A stretch of 64,000 nt of DNA from Paraspadella gotoi (taxonomy: Eukaryota > Animalia > Chaetognatha). The notes under the pieces are model-generated. The model ran no database searches. It was not told where the DNA came from and worked only from the letters and a program-made list of their open reading frames with translations. A program made the translations under genes and the position numbers. Of the stretch, positions 1-13,026 are shown piece by piece (the stretch's first letter is position 1; each line of letters starts with the position of its first letter). Location of the stretch: NCBI GenBank assembly GCA_051294375.1, contig CM119268.1, positions 13,415,437-13,479,436 on the forward strand, read 5' to 3'.

Positions 1-8
1 GCCTAACG

Positions 9-62
<54 letters not shown>

Positions 63-2279
63 TCTCTCTCTCTCTCTCCCTCTCTCCTTTTCAGTTACCT
101 CACAAATCTTTGTTAGTTGTGTTGTTTTTTACTTTTTTTCTATTATATGTTTTTTTATATTATATTTAATTATCATTTCTTTATTCTCTTCTGTATTAAT
201 ATTGTATTAAGATCGTAATGAATGAAGCAGTAGTATAGCTGATAATACAATTTTACTAATTTATTTTGGACTTCTAATTAGAGGCGGTTAATTTTTATAA
301 TTAAGTTTAGTTTAGTTGTAGAAATTCCTTAGTTGATTTAACTCAAAGCAAAAAAAGTCGTGATTAAAACGCCCCACTTTTCGGTCGCGCGCGCTCGATT
401 GTAAATCGCGCGCGGAAAAATAATTAAGCTAATAAAAGCATATTTTTTTTTTCTCGTTTTTTTTTTCTGTATCTCTCGCTTTTTTCTCCTCTCGCCTTAG
501 TCTCGCGCAGTCGTCGTGAGGTGCCACGCCACTCCCCATTTGTTGAGACGACGACGACGACGAAAAGGAAGACGAAGATGATAAAAAAGACAGACAAAGA
601 GAAGTATTCGTAAACTAAGACGACTACAATATTCCCGCCGTTGACTTCAACTTTATAACGACGACGAAGACGAAAACGACGAACGATGACCCGCGAAGAC
701 GAGAATATGAAATACATCGCGCCATCCGCGTCGAAGACAACGACGATAACGAGGACGACGACGACAACCAAAGCCGACGACTCCACCGACGCGACGTCAT
801 CTATAATTTGCATTAGAATCAACAGAAGAAGAAAAGCAGACGAAGATTTTTCAGGAACACCTTTGTTTGCAATTCTGTAAACGGTTTTTGCGCTCCGTTT
901 TTTGGAGCGAAAATCCGCCGGGCTCATAATCTATAATCTCAATTTATCAACTACATTTAAGTTGAATATAGATGAATCATGGTGCATATTTGGATGAAGA
1001 ATTTCCAGATTGTCACGGGGTGCCTTCATCTCGTGTGATCATGCCATAATCGCTCGCGATTTTTTTTCCTTCGACGTAGAAACTGGTTCACGGCTGATTG
1101 GTTTTTATGGCGCTAATTGACCAATGACCGACCAAACGAGTTATTTTTCCGACCCCCGACTCGACCATTCATCGTTTTCGACATCCACCCCCGCTCGCCA
1201 CTCCAAAGGAGGCCCGCATCCAAAAAGACTTTTCCTTCTTCGCAGTTTTTAATCAAGGAAGTAATCGTACTAGACGAAGTCATCGTGTAGCTTCCAATTT
1301 AAGCTATACTAGTCTATTAAAAATTTTAATTTCAACTACTTAATCTACATATTATGACGTCGTTTTCCGACGTACCCTAAAGTTTTTAAGTCTTAAGCTC
1401 GGCAGCTAACGGAAAAGAGAGTTTTGTGGCGAATCCTAAATTCGCCTCCCGTTATAGCTTGGTGAAACTCAGCTCGTCCCATTGCTTGGACAGCTAAGTA
1501 CTCGTTCACCAACCGTGATTTCGGGTTCAATCCCTCACGGTCACGCTGGTTAAAGTGTGATGGTGTCAGCATTAACACGCAGTGAACATGGGGTGGTCAC
1601 TGCAGGTCCAAAAGCCCTGAGCGCCAGTTGTCGGGAGATGCCTCACACCCCAGGCATCACACATGTCCTCCGTCGCCATAGTTTCACCATTAAAGGAAAC
1701 TGACAACGTGGGCGGGCGTTACGACGACCTCTTCCACTCGATGACCTTTTTTCATGACCCCATTGATCAAGACTTCAATCAAGGCGATAGTTTTCTTCAA
1801 ACGTCGAGAAATTTCCCCAATATCGTACCCCTTTCCCTGAACTCATTTATTTGCCATGTATTCCGCGTTGACCAATGGTCACTGCCATGTCTTTATAATA
1901 CATCATAATCTAAATGTCAACAGCCAATTTGGCGACCTTCTATCCTAAACAACTTCAAACAATCCTACTCCAACGGCTCGCCCCCCTTTTTAAAAAAAAA
2001 TTCTCTTCCAAACGATACATGTTTCGGTAATGTTTTTTAATTTTTCAACGCAGTTATTTTGAATCAGTGCATTGGTTAAGAGCGGACTTTTTTGACGGTT
2101 ACATCAGCGCCGTAGTCACCGCGTCCTTGCCATTGTCGTCGTCGTAATCGTCGTCTTTCGTTCGTCGTTACGTCTCGTCGTCTCCACTCGTCCGGGCTCG
2201 GGATCCCCCTGGCGACCGATCAACGAAACAACTTCGAGTCGGCGGCGAAAAATTTCGGTCGGAAAATGAGAAGGCAGGG

Positions 2280-2458
2280 AAGAATATTGGGAGAGAAGTG
2301 GGGATTGGAGGGAAAATAAAGGAAGAATATTGGGAAGAAAGTGGGGATTGGAGGGGAAAGATGGGAGAATATAGGGAAGAGAAGTGGGAATTAGAGGGGA
2401 AAAGAAGGAAGAAATATTGGAGAGAAGTGGGGATTGGAGAGAAAAGAATGGGGATTGA
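2280..2458 (+). repeat. Purine-rich ~44-bp tandem repeat
   Basis: About 4 copies of GAAGAATATTGGGAGAGAAGTGGGGATTGGAGGG. Confidence 0.8.
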
Positions 2459-2786
2459 GCCAGTATTAACTAATTAACTTAGCCCATGAATTTATGACAT
2501 GCACTGCACACACGCTGTCTTTTATTCTTTACAGTTTTTTTGTTTTCTGAAGGCGACGCTAGCAGTCGCTTAGATTTGATGTTTTTTCCTGTCTAATAAA
2601 ATGAGAAACTATAGGCGCTATTTTTGAGCATTTATAGCATTTTTAACGTAAATGGGACAACACAGTCAGACATACCGACCGACCCACTGACTGAACGGAC
2701 AGAACGACAGACCGACCAAAAAGTGACTTATAGAGTTGTTCGCGGTGCGAAAAATAATGGTAAAGAATGAGGGAATTTTAACGAGG

Positions 2787-3061
2787 TATGAGACCTTCGA
2801 AGTCTTTTTATTGTTTTTTCTTTCGTTAAAAAAATAAAAATAAACTAGAAGAGTTAACAATTTAAATTAAAACTTTTGTTGATTAATTATAACGGCTCAC
2901 AAATACAGAAAATACAAAGCTTATGAGACCTTCGAAGTCTTTTTATTGTTTTTTCTTTTGTCTATCGTTAAAAATAAAAAATTTAAAAAACTAGAAGAGT
3001 TAACAATTTAAATTCAACTTTTGTTGATTAATTATAACGGCTCACAAATACAGAAAATACA
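2787..3061 (+). repeat. Tandem duplication of ~135 bp
   Basis: TATGAGACCTTCGAAGTCTTTTTATTG...CGGCTCACAAATACAGAAAATACA starts at ~2787 and ~2922. Confidence 0.85.
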
Positions 3062-3858
3062 TAAATAAGCATACCAATTATAAAAAAACAAAAAAAATTG
3101 TAGTTAGCGGGCAAGGAAACATTAACAACTTTCTCCTTTATTTTCTTCTACAGTGAAATCAAAATAGGAAAATGTGTTTTTATGGTTCGTTTCGTCTCTC
3201 GTAGCTGCAGCTGCGAATGACCCCATGAAGCGAGTCAGGGGCAGCGGTGCCGGGTTGGGGTAGGGGCTGGAACGGCGCTGGAGCTGCGCTGGGTCGGTAG
3301 CTGGGAGGAGCTGGGGGAAAAGCACCCTGCGGGCCTCATCTTTCGAAATGTATCGTTGGATTATGGCCAGAATAACACGTACGAGAAGAGAAGGCCTGAC
3401 AGAGGGAGGCTTTATATGCAACCGAAATTCCTTCGATGAATGAGAGATGAGCGCTACGATAGGATGAGGGAGAGAGAAGTAGAGAAGAAGAAGCGAGAAG
3501 TAGAGGGATTCGAGAGTGAGCATGTATGTATTGCATGATGAACGAGAGAAAAGAGAGATAGCGGATACCCGATAGAAAGAGCTATTCGGCACTAATCTTT
3601 TCTCCACGCGAGTGGGAATTTATTAATTTGAAGCGACCCCTGAAATTTCAATGTATTCGTTTTATTCCCGTTCATTGGTCATCATATAAAAAAAGACGAT
3701 AGAATGGTTTAGAATGAACGCTCAGACCGTTATTGAACGTTTTTGTCGGCGCCAATCATCAGGACGAAACCGCGACAAGAATTCCGGAGATAACAAATTA
3801 TATCGAGTCTTCTGGTTCACTCAATCGACAGAATAATCAGACATAATGGAGTCAACTT

Positions 3859-3891
<33 letters not shown>

Positions 3892-3958
3892 AACGACGAC
3901 GACGACGACGACGATTTCATCGGAAGGGAGGCCGTCGATCGAATTTCGCCGCATCTTC

Positions 3959-3989
<31 letters not shown>

Positions 3990-4769
3990 CCATCTGTTCT
4001 CTGCTATATTAGTTGTTCAACCGACGGCGCACTTTAATTTCATTTCTCATCAGTTAGATTAAACTTTTTTTTTGCCAATGGCGACCGATTGTGTCGATTC
4101 GACCGAGTGTGACAGAGACTGTAAGACTTCTCCAGGTCTCCTGATTACCATGGTCGACACTATCCCAACAGGATTTTAAAGGGGCAGCTAAATAAGAGAA
4201 ATGAAAGATAAGCAATTTCAACTTTCTAATCTGCAAGAGGACAACTAGCCTCTAATAAATGACTAGTTTTTCTTTACCTTTTAATCACTCTCTTTAATAT
4301 TTTAATTTTATATTTTATCTAAACATCTCTTTAAGTCCCCGTTTATATCATAATTTGTTTATCTGTCTTGATTCCTCTCTCGACTTTCTATGCACTTTTA
4401 TGTACTTTTTTCCCTTTGCCTTGCAATTAATAAATAACCCCTTCCTTGTGGGGTTCCACCATTTGACGAGAGTCCCACTACTCGAGAAGCGTCACAAACT
4501 AAGGACCATCGACGCTTTTCCACCATAAAAAGCCCCATTTCTCAGATTCTTTCTTCTCCCTTCATCTCAACCACCCCCTCACCTCCCCCCCAGCGACCCC
4601 ACTTGTCGTGGAACCGAATCTCAAGTTTTCGGGCGGAAAAAAACAGGAAACGGGTTTTTCCTTCCAGATTTAATATTTCCATTAATCATCGTAAAAAAAT
4701 AGAAGGAAAGAAAAAAAAGGAAGAAATTAAAGCGTTAGGGAAAAGAATCGAAAACTCTCATAACAATAG

Positions 4770-4849
<80 letters not shown>

Positions 4850-5733
4850 AAATGACAGCTGTTGCGCGTTGCTCATTTTCACATTTTTCGCCTCGACTCG
4901 ATCCATGCAGCAGCGCCACCTCTTCTCCCCCCCCTTCATATGGTCAACTTTTTTATTTTTGTATTTTTATTTTTCTCCGAAAAAGGTTTTAGGAGAGTAA
5001 GACCCTTTTTCCGCGCCTGGTGCGAACCCGGCGTCACATTCGAGAGACAGAGAGGGAGAAAAAAGACAAAGAGAGAGAGGGAAAGCGAAAGAGGAAAAGC
5101 AAAAAAAAAAGGGAGATGGAGCCCGAGATTTTTTTTTTAGCGTCATCTTGAAAATTGATGGCCTTTTGATCTTCACTCTTGCGTCAAATTTTGGCGTTGG
5201 AGAAAAGAAGGAAGGAAAAAGCAGGCAGGCAAAGCAGGTTAGCGGACGGAAAGAAGAGAGAAAGGAGCAAAATTAAAAAGCGGAAAAAAAAAGGACGAAA
5301 AAAAAAAATCGCGATGAGGTATTATGACGTTGAAATTCGTGAGAAGGCATATTTTTTCCCATTCCATCCTCCTCCTCCTCCTCCTCCTCCTCCTCTTGAT
5401 CCTTTCTCCTTTTTCCTTCCTCCTTCCTCTTTCCTTCTTCCTCCTTCCTCTTTCCTTCTTCCTACGCCCAGGAATTAAATCTCAATCAGATTTTCTTCAC
5501 TCAAGGTCGACGGCGGCTGGCAGTTTGGAGTTTGGAGTTTGGCGTTTGGCGTTAACGTTGCGTTTACGGTTTAGAGTGTGATGTTTCCGGTTCGGAGTTT
5601 GACCACTGACCAGTTTGACCAATGACCAGTCAGTGTGAAAAAGCGGTTGAAAGCATTGAGATTGAGTCAGTTTCTTTTGAGTATGTAGCGTGTTCCGAAT
5701 AGGTTTGATTTAAAAAAGTATGAATTTGGTACC

Positions 5734-6057
5734 AATATAAAAATTACCATTCATTTAATAAATAAGCTATCTTGCCCCTGACTTTGGACAGGCTTTGGTG
5801 GTTTAAGGCCTCCATCACTCTTACAAGATAATGACATTGCAAGCTTTCAATCAAGACTCTCTCACAGTCTCGTTTATTTACTCCCAGAAGTGGTATAATG
5901 TTTCAAGGAATGTTTCACTTGTATGAAAAGACCACTCCCTTAAGTATTAGAATACTATATTGTACTTCGCCCAGCATCAAAATACAAGGAGCTGAATTTT
6001 ATGAAATTGGAACAACAAATATAAAAATTACCATTCATTTAATAAATAAGCTATCTT
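5734..6057 (+). repeat. 40-bp exact direct repeat flanking a 244-bp unique segment
   Basis: AATATAAAAATTACCATTCATTTAATAAATAAGCTATCTT at 5734-5773 and 6018-6057. Confidence 0.85.
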
Positions 6058-7245
6058 AATGTTATGTTATTAATTAGGGATTGATGAAACCGACGATATC
6101 AACGCTCTTCCCTCACGAGTGACTGAGATAGTTTTCCAATTGTCCCACTTACGAAACGAAAGTCACACCCTCGACCCTCACCTCACTCCACACGCCCTCA
6201 CCCGCCTTACCTCCCTTCCCCGTCTCCCTTTCGCGCCCTCGAGATCGTCAAAGGTCAAAGGTCATCGAAAGCTTTTTCTTTTTCGCTTTCGTCGCGATGA
6301 CGGATTTGTGATAATAATGCGACAACCCGGGTCGAGACGCGAGAGTCTGAGAATTGGGGGGGGGGAAGGGGCCGAGGGGTGGAGAATGGGGTGGGAGGGG
6401 CCGAGGGGTGGGGGATAGGGTGGGAGGGGCCGAGGGGCGAAAGGAGAATCAAGTCGCTTTCCCGCGCAAATGGATTTTCTTTTGATAATCAGCGGCATTT
6501 CTTTCTTCAGAAGTTATTTTCTTTACGACTTTTTTTTTCGTATTTTTTTGGATGGAATGATAAAAAAAAACTTAACAACGTGATGATAATAATTATGTAA
6601 TATGTAATTTTTACGCCATTCTCGATATAATTAGAAGTAGGTGGAGTTGGCGAATTACGAACAGCTCTGGCTTTGAATGTTGCATCAGGCAGTCGTGGGC
6701 GAACGTCACGACGCCACGGTTGAGACCGTTATGATACATAATTGAATTTATTAATTTGACAATGTCTGACAATTCTTTTCGTCTTTACGATAAGCTTTTT
6801 CTGCTATTACCAATAGTGAGAATTTGTAATTTTCTTTTCTCAAAAGGGCCGAAAATATCAGTTATTTACTTCTAAACGTTGTCAACTGAAGTGGAACAAG
6901 ATGATATTATCTCCATACATCGCGACAAAGTACTCGATTTATCCGAAAACCCATTCTCCCCCACCCCCTGTTCATTCAACGAACGCGAAAATCATCCGCT
7001 TCGTTGGCGTCTCTCTCGCGAAAACGCTTTCCTTACCGTCGTCATGGCAACCCGTCCCGTAACGATCCCCAATCGTTTCCACCTTCCAACCCGTCGTCTC
7101 CCTTCTCGAATCCGTCGGCTCTCGTCAAAAGCCTCAATCTTTCTCGATTCTTTTCGCGGGTGTTTTGATCAAATTTCCCTTCATTTTTTCCCAATTGAAT
7201 GAAAAGAAACCGAAGAGAGAGGGAGACGGGGAGGGGACAGGGAGT

Positions 7246-7319
7246 AGAGAGAGAGAGAGAGAGAGAGCGATTGAAAGAGAGAGAAAGAGAGAAACCGAAG
7301 AAAGAGTGAGGGGACAGAG

Positions 7320-7411
<92 letters not shown>

Positions 7412-7412
7412 A

Positions 7413-7451
<39 letters not shown>

Positions 7452-7452
7452 C
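7246..7452 (+). repeat. (GA)n microsatellite, representative of many (also ~8-86, 4770-4847, 9086-9143, 16143-16217, 23350-23444, 29500-29604, 32217-32320, 32940-33065, 57107-57205, 57872-57952, 58708-58823, 59240-59500)
   Basis: Directly visible. Confidence 0.97.
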
Positions 7453-9082
7453 GATTGTTTTCGCCAGCTTTCAATTTTTTTTCTTTTGGCTATGGAGTCT
7501 GGATGAAAGTCTAGGACCGGGCCGCCTTCCCGGTTCCGTTGAGTGGGTTCGCTTCGGGATTCGTGTCGCGGTATTTTGCGCTCAATGGCGCGGAATTTGA
7601 GAAAAAAGAAATAGTAAATTAAAAACAAAACTGAAAGTGAAATAGCGGGAAAACTACCATAAATCAGGGGTGCGTCAAAGGTGAAAGATAAGGTTGGCGA
7701 AATCAATGGGAGAGGAAGGAAAGAAAAAGTAAGTGAAAGGTAATGGAGAGGAAAGGAAATATATATACAGTTTCAGACTTAAGTCGCTATTTCTCAGAAA
7801 TTCTGAGAAAAAATTGACACAACGTGTTTTGTATTTCTTTTGTTTGAGTTTCCTAGCGATCATAGGGAGTGTTCTATTTTTGTATTTCTTATATAAAGAA
7901 TGAATTAGGGATGTCAAAGAAAATGGCAAACATGAGTATTGGTTAGTTGTTTAAAAATTAGAAATACATCATTTGAACACACGCGCAATTGCTTAATTAA
8001 TACCTCTTCCCGCTAAAAATTAGACGAGCTACTTTTTCTGTCAAATACTGTACTTGCTAACCTTTTCCCCGAGGAAAAGAATTGCCAATGTTTCTCGATA
8101 TCATTGTTACCGAATTTCTAGCTTAACTAATTATTCGAACCAGCCAAGAATTTCTTCCGTTAGCGCTCAGGATCTCAAGTTAGAAAGTCAGCAACGTCGT
8201 CGAGCGCAATTATGCAAATATAATTTTCTCTCTCGAAGTTCTTGAGAATCGAAAGTAATGGAAAGGAAAAAGAAAAGTTGGGGGCGATGATATAAAACGC
8301 GCTACCAATTAGTCGCTGAAAAAGAAAAACACGAACTGAACGAGGAAAAAAAAAGTAAGGAAAGAAAAAATGATCGGAGGAAAAAGAGAAAGGAAATAAA
8401 TCGAGTCAGAATTAACTCGAAAAAAAGTTGGAATTGTCGACATGGAATCTTAAGCTTTGGAGTCTTTAAAAGTCACGCGAATTCGAAACGAATGAAACAA
8501 AAAATAAAAGGAGAAAGAGAGAGAGAGAAAAAAAAGGAGAAAAATAAAAATATTTCGTCGTTTTTTTTCCTTCCGAAAAGTCGAAAAAGCTAAAAGAGGA
8601 AAAAAGTCTTTTTTGTTAGAAAAAAAGAAAAAAGAAAGAAAAAACTCCTTCTCTTTTTGTTTCCTTCCTTGATCGCATGGTAGATTAGTAAGTTTGAATA
8701 TAGCTGGCATTGTTCGTACGTACGTACATAATAATATATTAGTATTTTTTATTTTTTTATTTTTTATTTCTTTCTAGTTTTCGTTATTTTTTATGGCAAA
8801 TTTTCGACTCCAGAGTCCAGACTCTTGACCACCACTTCTCGAAATATTTTGGTATTTAAAATCGCGTTATTAAATAATGAATATATATAGGTAAACAAAA
8901 TTGAAGATGTATCTAAAAAAGGGGAGTTGAGAGAAGTGATGAAAATAAATCGAACCCGAAAATCACTCACGCGAATGATGAACAATATAGGAATCGTGAG
9001 GCATCGATGGAAAATGGAAATGAGACCAAAAAGGAAAAACATCAATAAAACAAAAAGAGAACAAAATAAAGAGCGGAAGGGA

Positions 9083-9147
<65 letters not shown>

Positions 9148-9689
9148 TACTCTTCGACCAATCTCCATCACTCCTTATCTTTCTTTTTTACTCACCATCC
9201 CATCAAATTTCTTTCTCTACCTTCTCTCACCGACATCTTCCTTCCTTTCTTTTTCTTCTGTTTATCTAAAGCGTAAACAAAACAAATTGAGAGAGAAAGA
9301 CAAAAGGGAAAACGTGACCCTGTGTTTTCGTTTTTCACCGCCAGAGTTTTTCTTCTTTTTTTTTACGACGTCTTCTCGTATCTTCGAGAGGGTGGGGAGA
9401 ACAAAGGAGGGTTCGGGATGGGAGCGTGGGAGGAGCTTCTTGTTTTTAGTTTGTCGTGTTCTCAAGAGAGGGAAATTGATCGTGAAGATGAATATTTACA
9501 TTCAAAAAGAAATCTTTGAGGTCGTAAACTGAAACTAAACGGGGTTTATTTTCTTTCTAACCTGTAAAGGGATATGAAATATTGGACGATTAGAGTATTA
9601 CAAACTGGAACAGTATATTAAAAAAAACAAAAAAAAACTCTTTCTTCGTTCTCTTGTCCCCACTCCCCTCTCCACGCCCACTCCCACAG

Positions 9690-12425
9690 AGCGCGCGTCA
9701 AACTTGGGACCGGAGGAGGAAGCCACGGTGATTTTTAAAGGCGAGAGGGAAGAGCGACCGACTCGGAAGAGGAACCTCGATTCCGTTGGGGAAAACAGAA
9801 GGAGCGACGCCCGAACTCTGTTGAATACGGAACAAGTGAGGAAACATTCCGAGTTGGATTAGATCTCTGCTGACCCCTCAAACTGGGAAAGGAAGTAATG
9901 AAACATCACAGAGAACTGGGGTAGTTTTGAAACCTTTGAACGAGAGTTGCTGTTATATCATCCCATTCGCTTTAATTCACTTCATTTCCCCATCGCTCGA
10001 TTCCTCCAGGACGGCCCGTCTCCCCAGGATGACTTGGTGGTCATCTACAATCGCGTTCCGAAAACCGGAAGCACCTCCTTCGTGGGCGTGGCTTACGATC
10101 TCTGCGCCGCCAATCAGTTCAACGTCCTCCACCTCAACGTGACGAAGAATCAGCACATCATGTCGCTCGCCGATCAGGTTGCGGACAATGTCCCTTGGAG
10201 GATGGATGGATGAGGTTGGGAGAATGCGTGCAATGTGTGCAATGGGTGAGGTTGAAGCGACTGCTTTCTCTGCACTTGCTGTTCATTCAGAATTATCAGA
10301 GAAAGGATAATCGCTGGGACAGGTGACCTCGAGAACTTTTCAAACCTAATTTAGCGTAGCTTAAGTTAAAGTCGTTCACTCTCTCATCGATCAGATGCGA
10401 TTCGTTCAAAACGTGACGGGATGGACGGTGAAGAAACCCGCGCTTTATCACGGACACTTGGCATTCCTAGAATTTTCCCGGTGATCACCAATATATATAT
10501 AATATTATATATATTTGTTGTAGAGTCTAGGTCGAATAACTAGTTAATTAAATGAAAATCAATCGATCCATGGATCGATCAATCACGCAGCTTCGGCGTC
10601 GGCGGCGCCAATCGCCCCATCTACATCAACGTAATCCGGCGCCCTCTCGACCGCCTCGTCTCCTACTATTACTTCATGAGATACGGAGACGATTTTCGAC
10701 CTCAGATTCTCAGACGGAAACACAAACATGTGAGAGAAAAACAAGAATCTACCGTAGTGCGTAAATTCATTATACATATAATTAATATTTTAGAGAGAAA
10801 GAGAGATCAAAAAAAAGAAAAAAATACAAAGAAAAACAAGAAATAAAAAAGCAAAAGTTGAAAAACGGAAGAGAAACGGAATAAGGACAGAAAGAAAGAA
10901 AATAGTAAGACTAAGAAAAAGATCTTTAAGACTCATTATTTGTTGCCGACAGAAAGAAGGCTTTGACGAGTGCGTCCGTCGCGGCGGGGCCGACTGCGAC
11001 CCCATCAACCTGTGGATGCAGATCCCCTTCTTCTGCGGACAATCCGCTAAATGCTGGTGAGTGAAGACCTGAAAACTAAAAAAAAAAAACATTTAGGACT
11101 GTAGCGAGTAATGTATCGTCATTGTCTATGTAGTCTCTTTCGTCTTTTTGACCATCGCCTAGTTATAAGATATGCGAATTGCTCATTTTGGATAGAATCA
11201 AAATATTCCGTCAATTATCCATCAATATTCATTGAGTAGCAACAACCAGCTACACAATCTCGGATCTCTATACCCAGTAGCGCGGAGCATAAATACAAGA
11301 TATGATATATGACCTCTTGTGTCCCCTTAATTTTTTGTATTTTTCTCAAAAAAATACAATTTTTTAATAATATTTAAACATTATTTAATACAAGTTTTTT
11401 ATATTTATATAGTTGAAAAGAGTTTTAAATACTTGTATTTAGCTATATTTTATAAAAATTATTATTACTAACCACTTTTATTATATTTTTAAATTTGATA
11501 TTTTTTCCGATTTTTTTGCATCTTATCGCATTATAAAATCGATAGAACGGGAAAATTGGCCAAGCGAATTTTTAATTTGTTGATCTTAAGGAATAGTTTT
11601 ACATGTGTTTCAAAAAATTAGGAGGGCACAAGATGTCTTTTATTATTTCTTGTATTTATACTCCGCGCTAATACCCAGCGTCTCCTTTTTTTCGCCTCAG
11701 GGAACCCGGGAGCGATTGGGCCTTGTCGGAGGCCAAATCCAATTTGGTCCGCGAGTATCTCCTTGTTGGGCTGACGGAGGAGTTGGGGACGTTTATCGCC
11801 ATCCTCGAGGTCACTTTGCCGAGATTCTTTCACGGGGCTTTCAACACTTTTATCAATGGTGAGTTTTTCTGCAGTGGAGGTGGGCGTATGAAAGGAAAAG
11901 GTGGTAAAAGAATTCAACCTTCACTCTGCAGTGATGGAAATAAAAAAGGTGGAAAAATTGGAGGCATTTATGGAAAAATTTAAACATAAAAAACGTATTA
12001 TTGATAAGCGTTTTCGTTTTTCGTTTAGCACACTCCAAGATATCTATGCTTTTATTTCCTATTTGTATTATACATTTAGGAAATCGATCGCATTTACGTC
12101 GTACCACTAACAAGATCGAACCTCTTCCAGAGACTGTCATGAAAATACAAAGTTCCAGGATTTGGCAGGTATCATAATCGATCACTGCCTACTTTGTGAA
12201 GTGAAATTAAGGAAAAAACGATAAGAATATTTTGTCAATTTAATCCTTTTGCAATCCTTCTCCAAATGAGTTCCCATTCTTTTGCAGATGGAAGAGGAGT
12301 TTTACGACTTTGCCTACGATCATTTCCAGTTGATTAAACGAAAAACTCTGGAGTGGAATTCTACCGACGACAGATTCGTCGCGAGGAAACAACAGTTCCA
12401 CTACGAGAAGATTCGCCCCAAGTGA
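9690..12425 (+). CDS. HS2ST1: Heparan sulfate 2-O-sulfotransferase (HS2ST1/Hs2st orthologue), spliced; 5' TM exon not included
   Basis: Exons 9690-9835, 10010-10177, 10395-10480, 10591-10729, 10953-11056, 11701-11858, 12080-12168, 12288-12425 have AG/GT boundaries and compatible phases. They join to ...[18 protein letters not shown]...KPALYHGH...[20 protein letters not shown]...[15 protein letters not shown]...WEPGSDWAL...SHLRRTT...IWQMEEEFY...YEKIRPK*. PKTGST (5'-PSB) and R..SYYY (3'-PB) are PAPS-binding motifs; YEKIRPK terminus resembles insect Hs2st as I recall it. The first listed (stem) exon is less certain. Confidence 0.96.
11278..11670. mobile_element. MITE (non-autonomous DNA transposon, hAT- or Mutator-like) in an HS2ST intron
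   Basis: About 60-bp imperfect TIRs (TAGCGCGGAGCATAAATACAAG... / ...CTTGTATTTATACTCCGCGCTA), AT-rich interior, exact 8-bp TSD ATACCCAG at 11270-11277 and 11671-11678. Confidence 0.85.
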
Positions 12426-12488
12426 CGCAACAGATGCGTCGTAGAAAAAAAAAGGGGCGTTGCCTATCTAAAAAAAAATGTGCTACAA

Positions 12489-12494
12489 AATAAA
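12489..12494 (+). promoter_or_regulatory. Candidate polyadenylation signal of HS2ST
   Basis: AATAAA about 64 nt after the TGA stop. Confidence 0.4.
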
Positions 12495-13026
12495 TGAAAA
12501 AAAATGTTTGACGCTTCTCAGATTCTACCGACGGACGGAGTCGGTCATTAATTCGATCTCGAGAAAAAATGACATATTTAATAAGTANNNNNNNNNNCAT
12601 ACGTGCTAAGTTCCGTATTTTGGTCTCGACGAGATGGCATAAATTGTCAATCTAAAAACTATTCGTTGATGTCCATTGAGTATAACCATGATTGATTACC
12701 TGGACCGGCATTATATAAAAATTTGAACATACTTTGTAATATCACCATGTTACTGTGTTGCAATTATACTTTTCTTTAGAAAAAACGTGATTATACATGA
12801 TTTTCCATGTACTTGTCTTTTTTGTTTTTGGGGAAAAGGATTCTAGTGAAAGCGGCATCTGCAGTCAAGTTTGGTTTAAAAAAGATTTTCGTCGATAGGT
12901 TCATTAAATCATCAAAATTCTAATTTCTATACCTTATAAATTTCTACTACCACGCTAATGATTCATATTAAAATTTCGCAAATATTAATTTGAAGTTTTG
13001 TCAATCGTGTCTCTTCATATGAGCTT

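Noticed and set aside
360-420. CG-rich E2F-like motifs as a promoter
   Set aside because: No linked transcription start can be shown from sequence alone
424-927. 167-aa hydrophobic minus-strand ORF
   Set aside because: Val/Ser/Arg runs derive from (ACG/GTC)n repeats; no splice or family support
3122-3607. 161-aa minus-strand ORF
   Set aside because: No recognisable motif and partly low complexity; cannot support a call
5522-5576. Telomere-like GTTTGGA/GTTTGGC run
   Set aside because: Only about five degenerate 7-mers, interstitial, not a known telomeric unit
7134-7706. Long ORFs rich in SLSL/RERE (also 4603, 8927, 23136, 29367, 59170, 59187, 60906 and others)
   Set aside because: Translations of (GA/CT)n microsatellites, which contain no stop codons; no domain content
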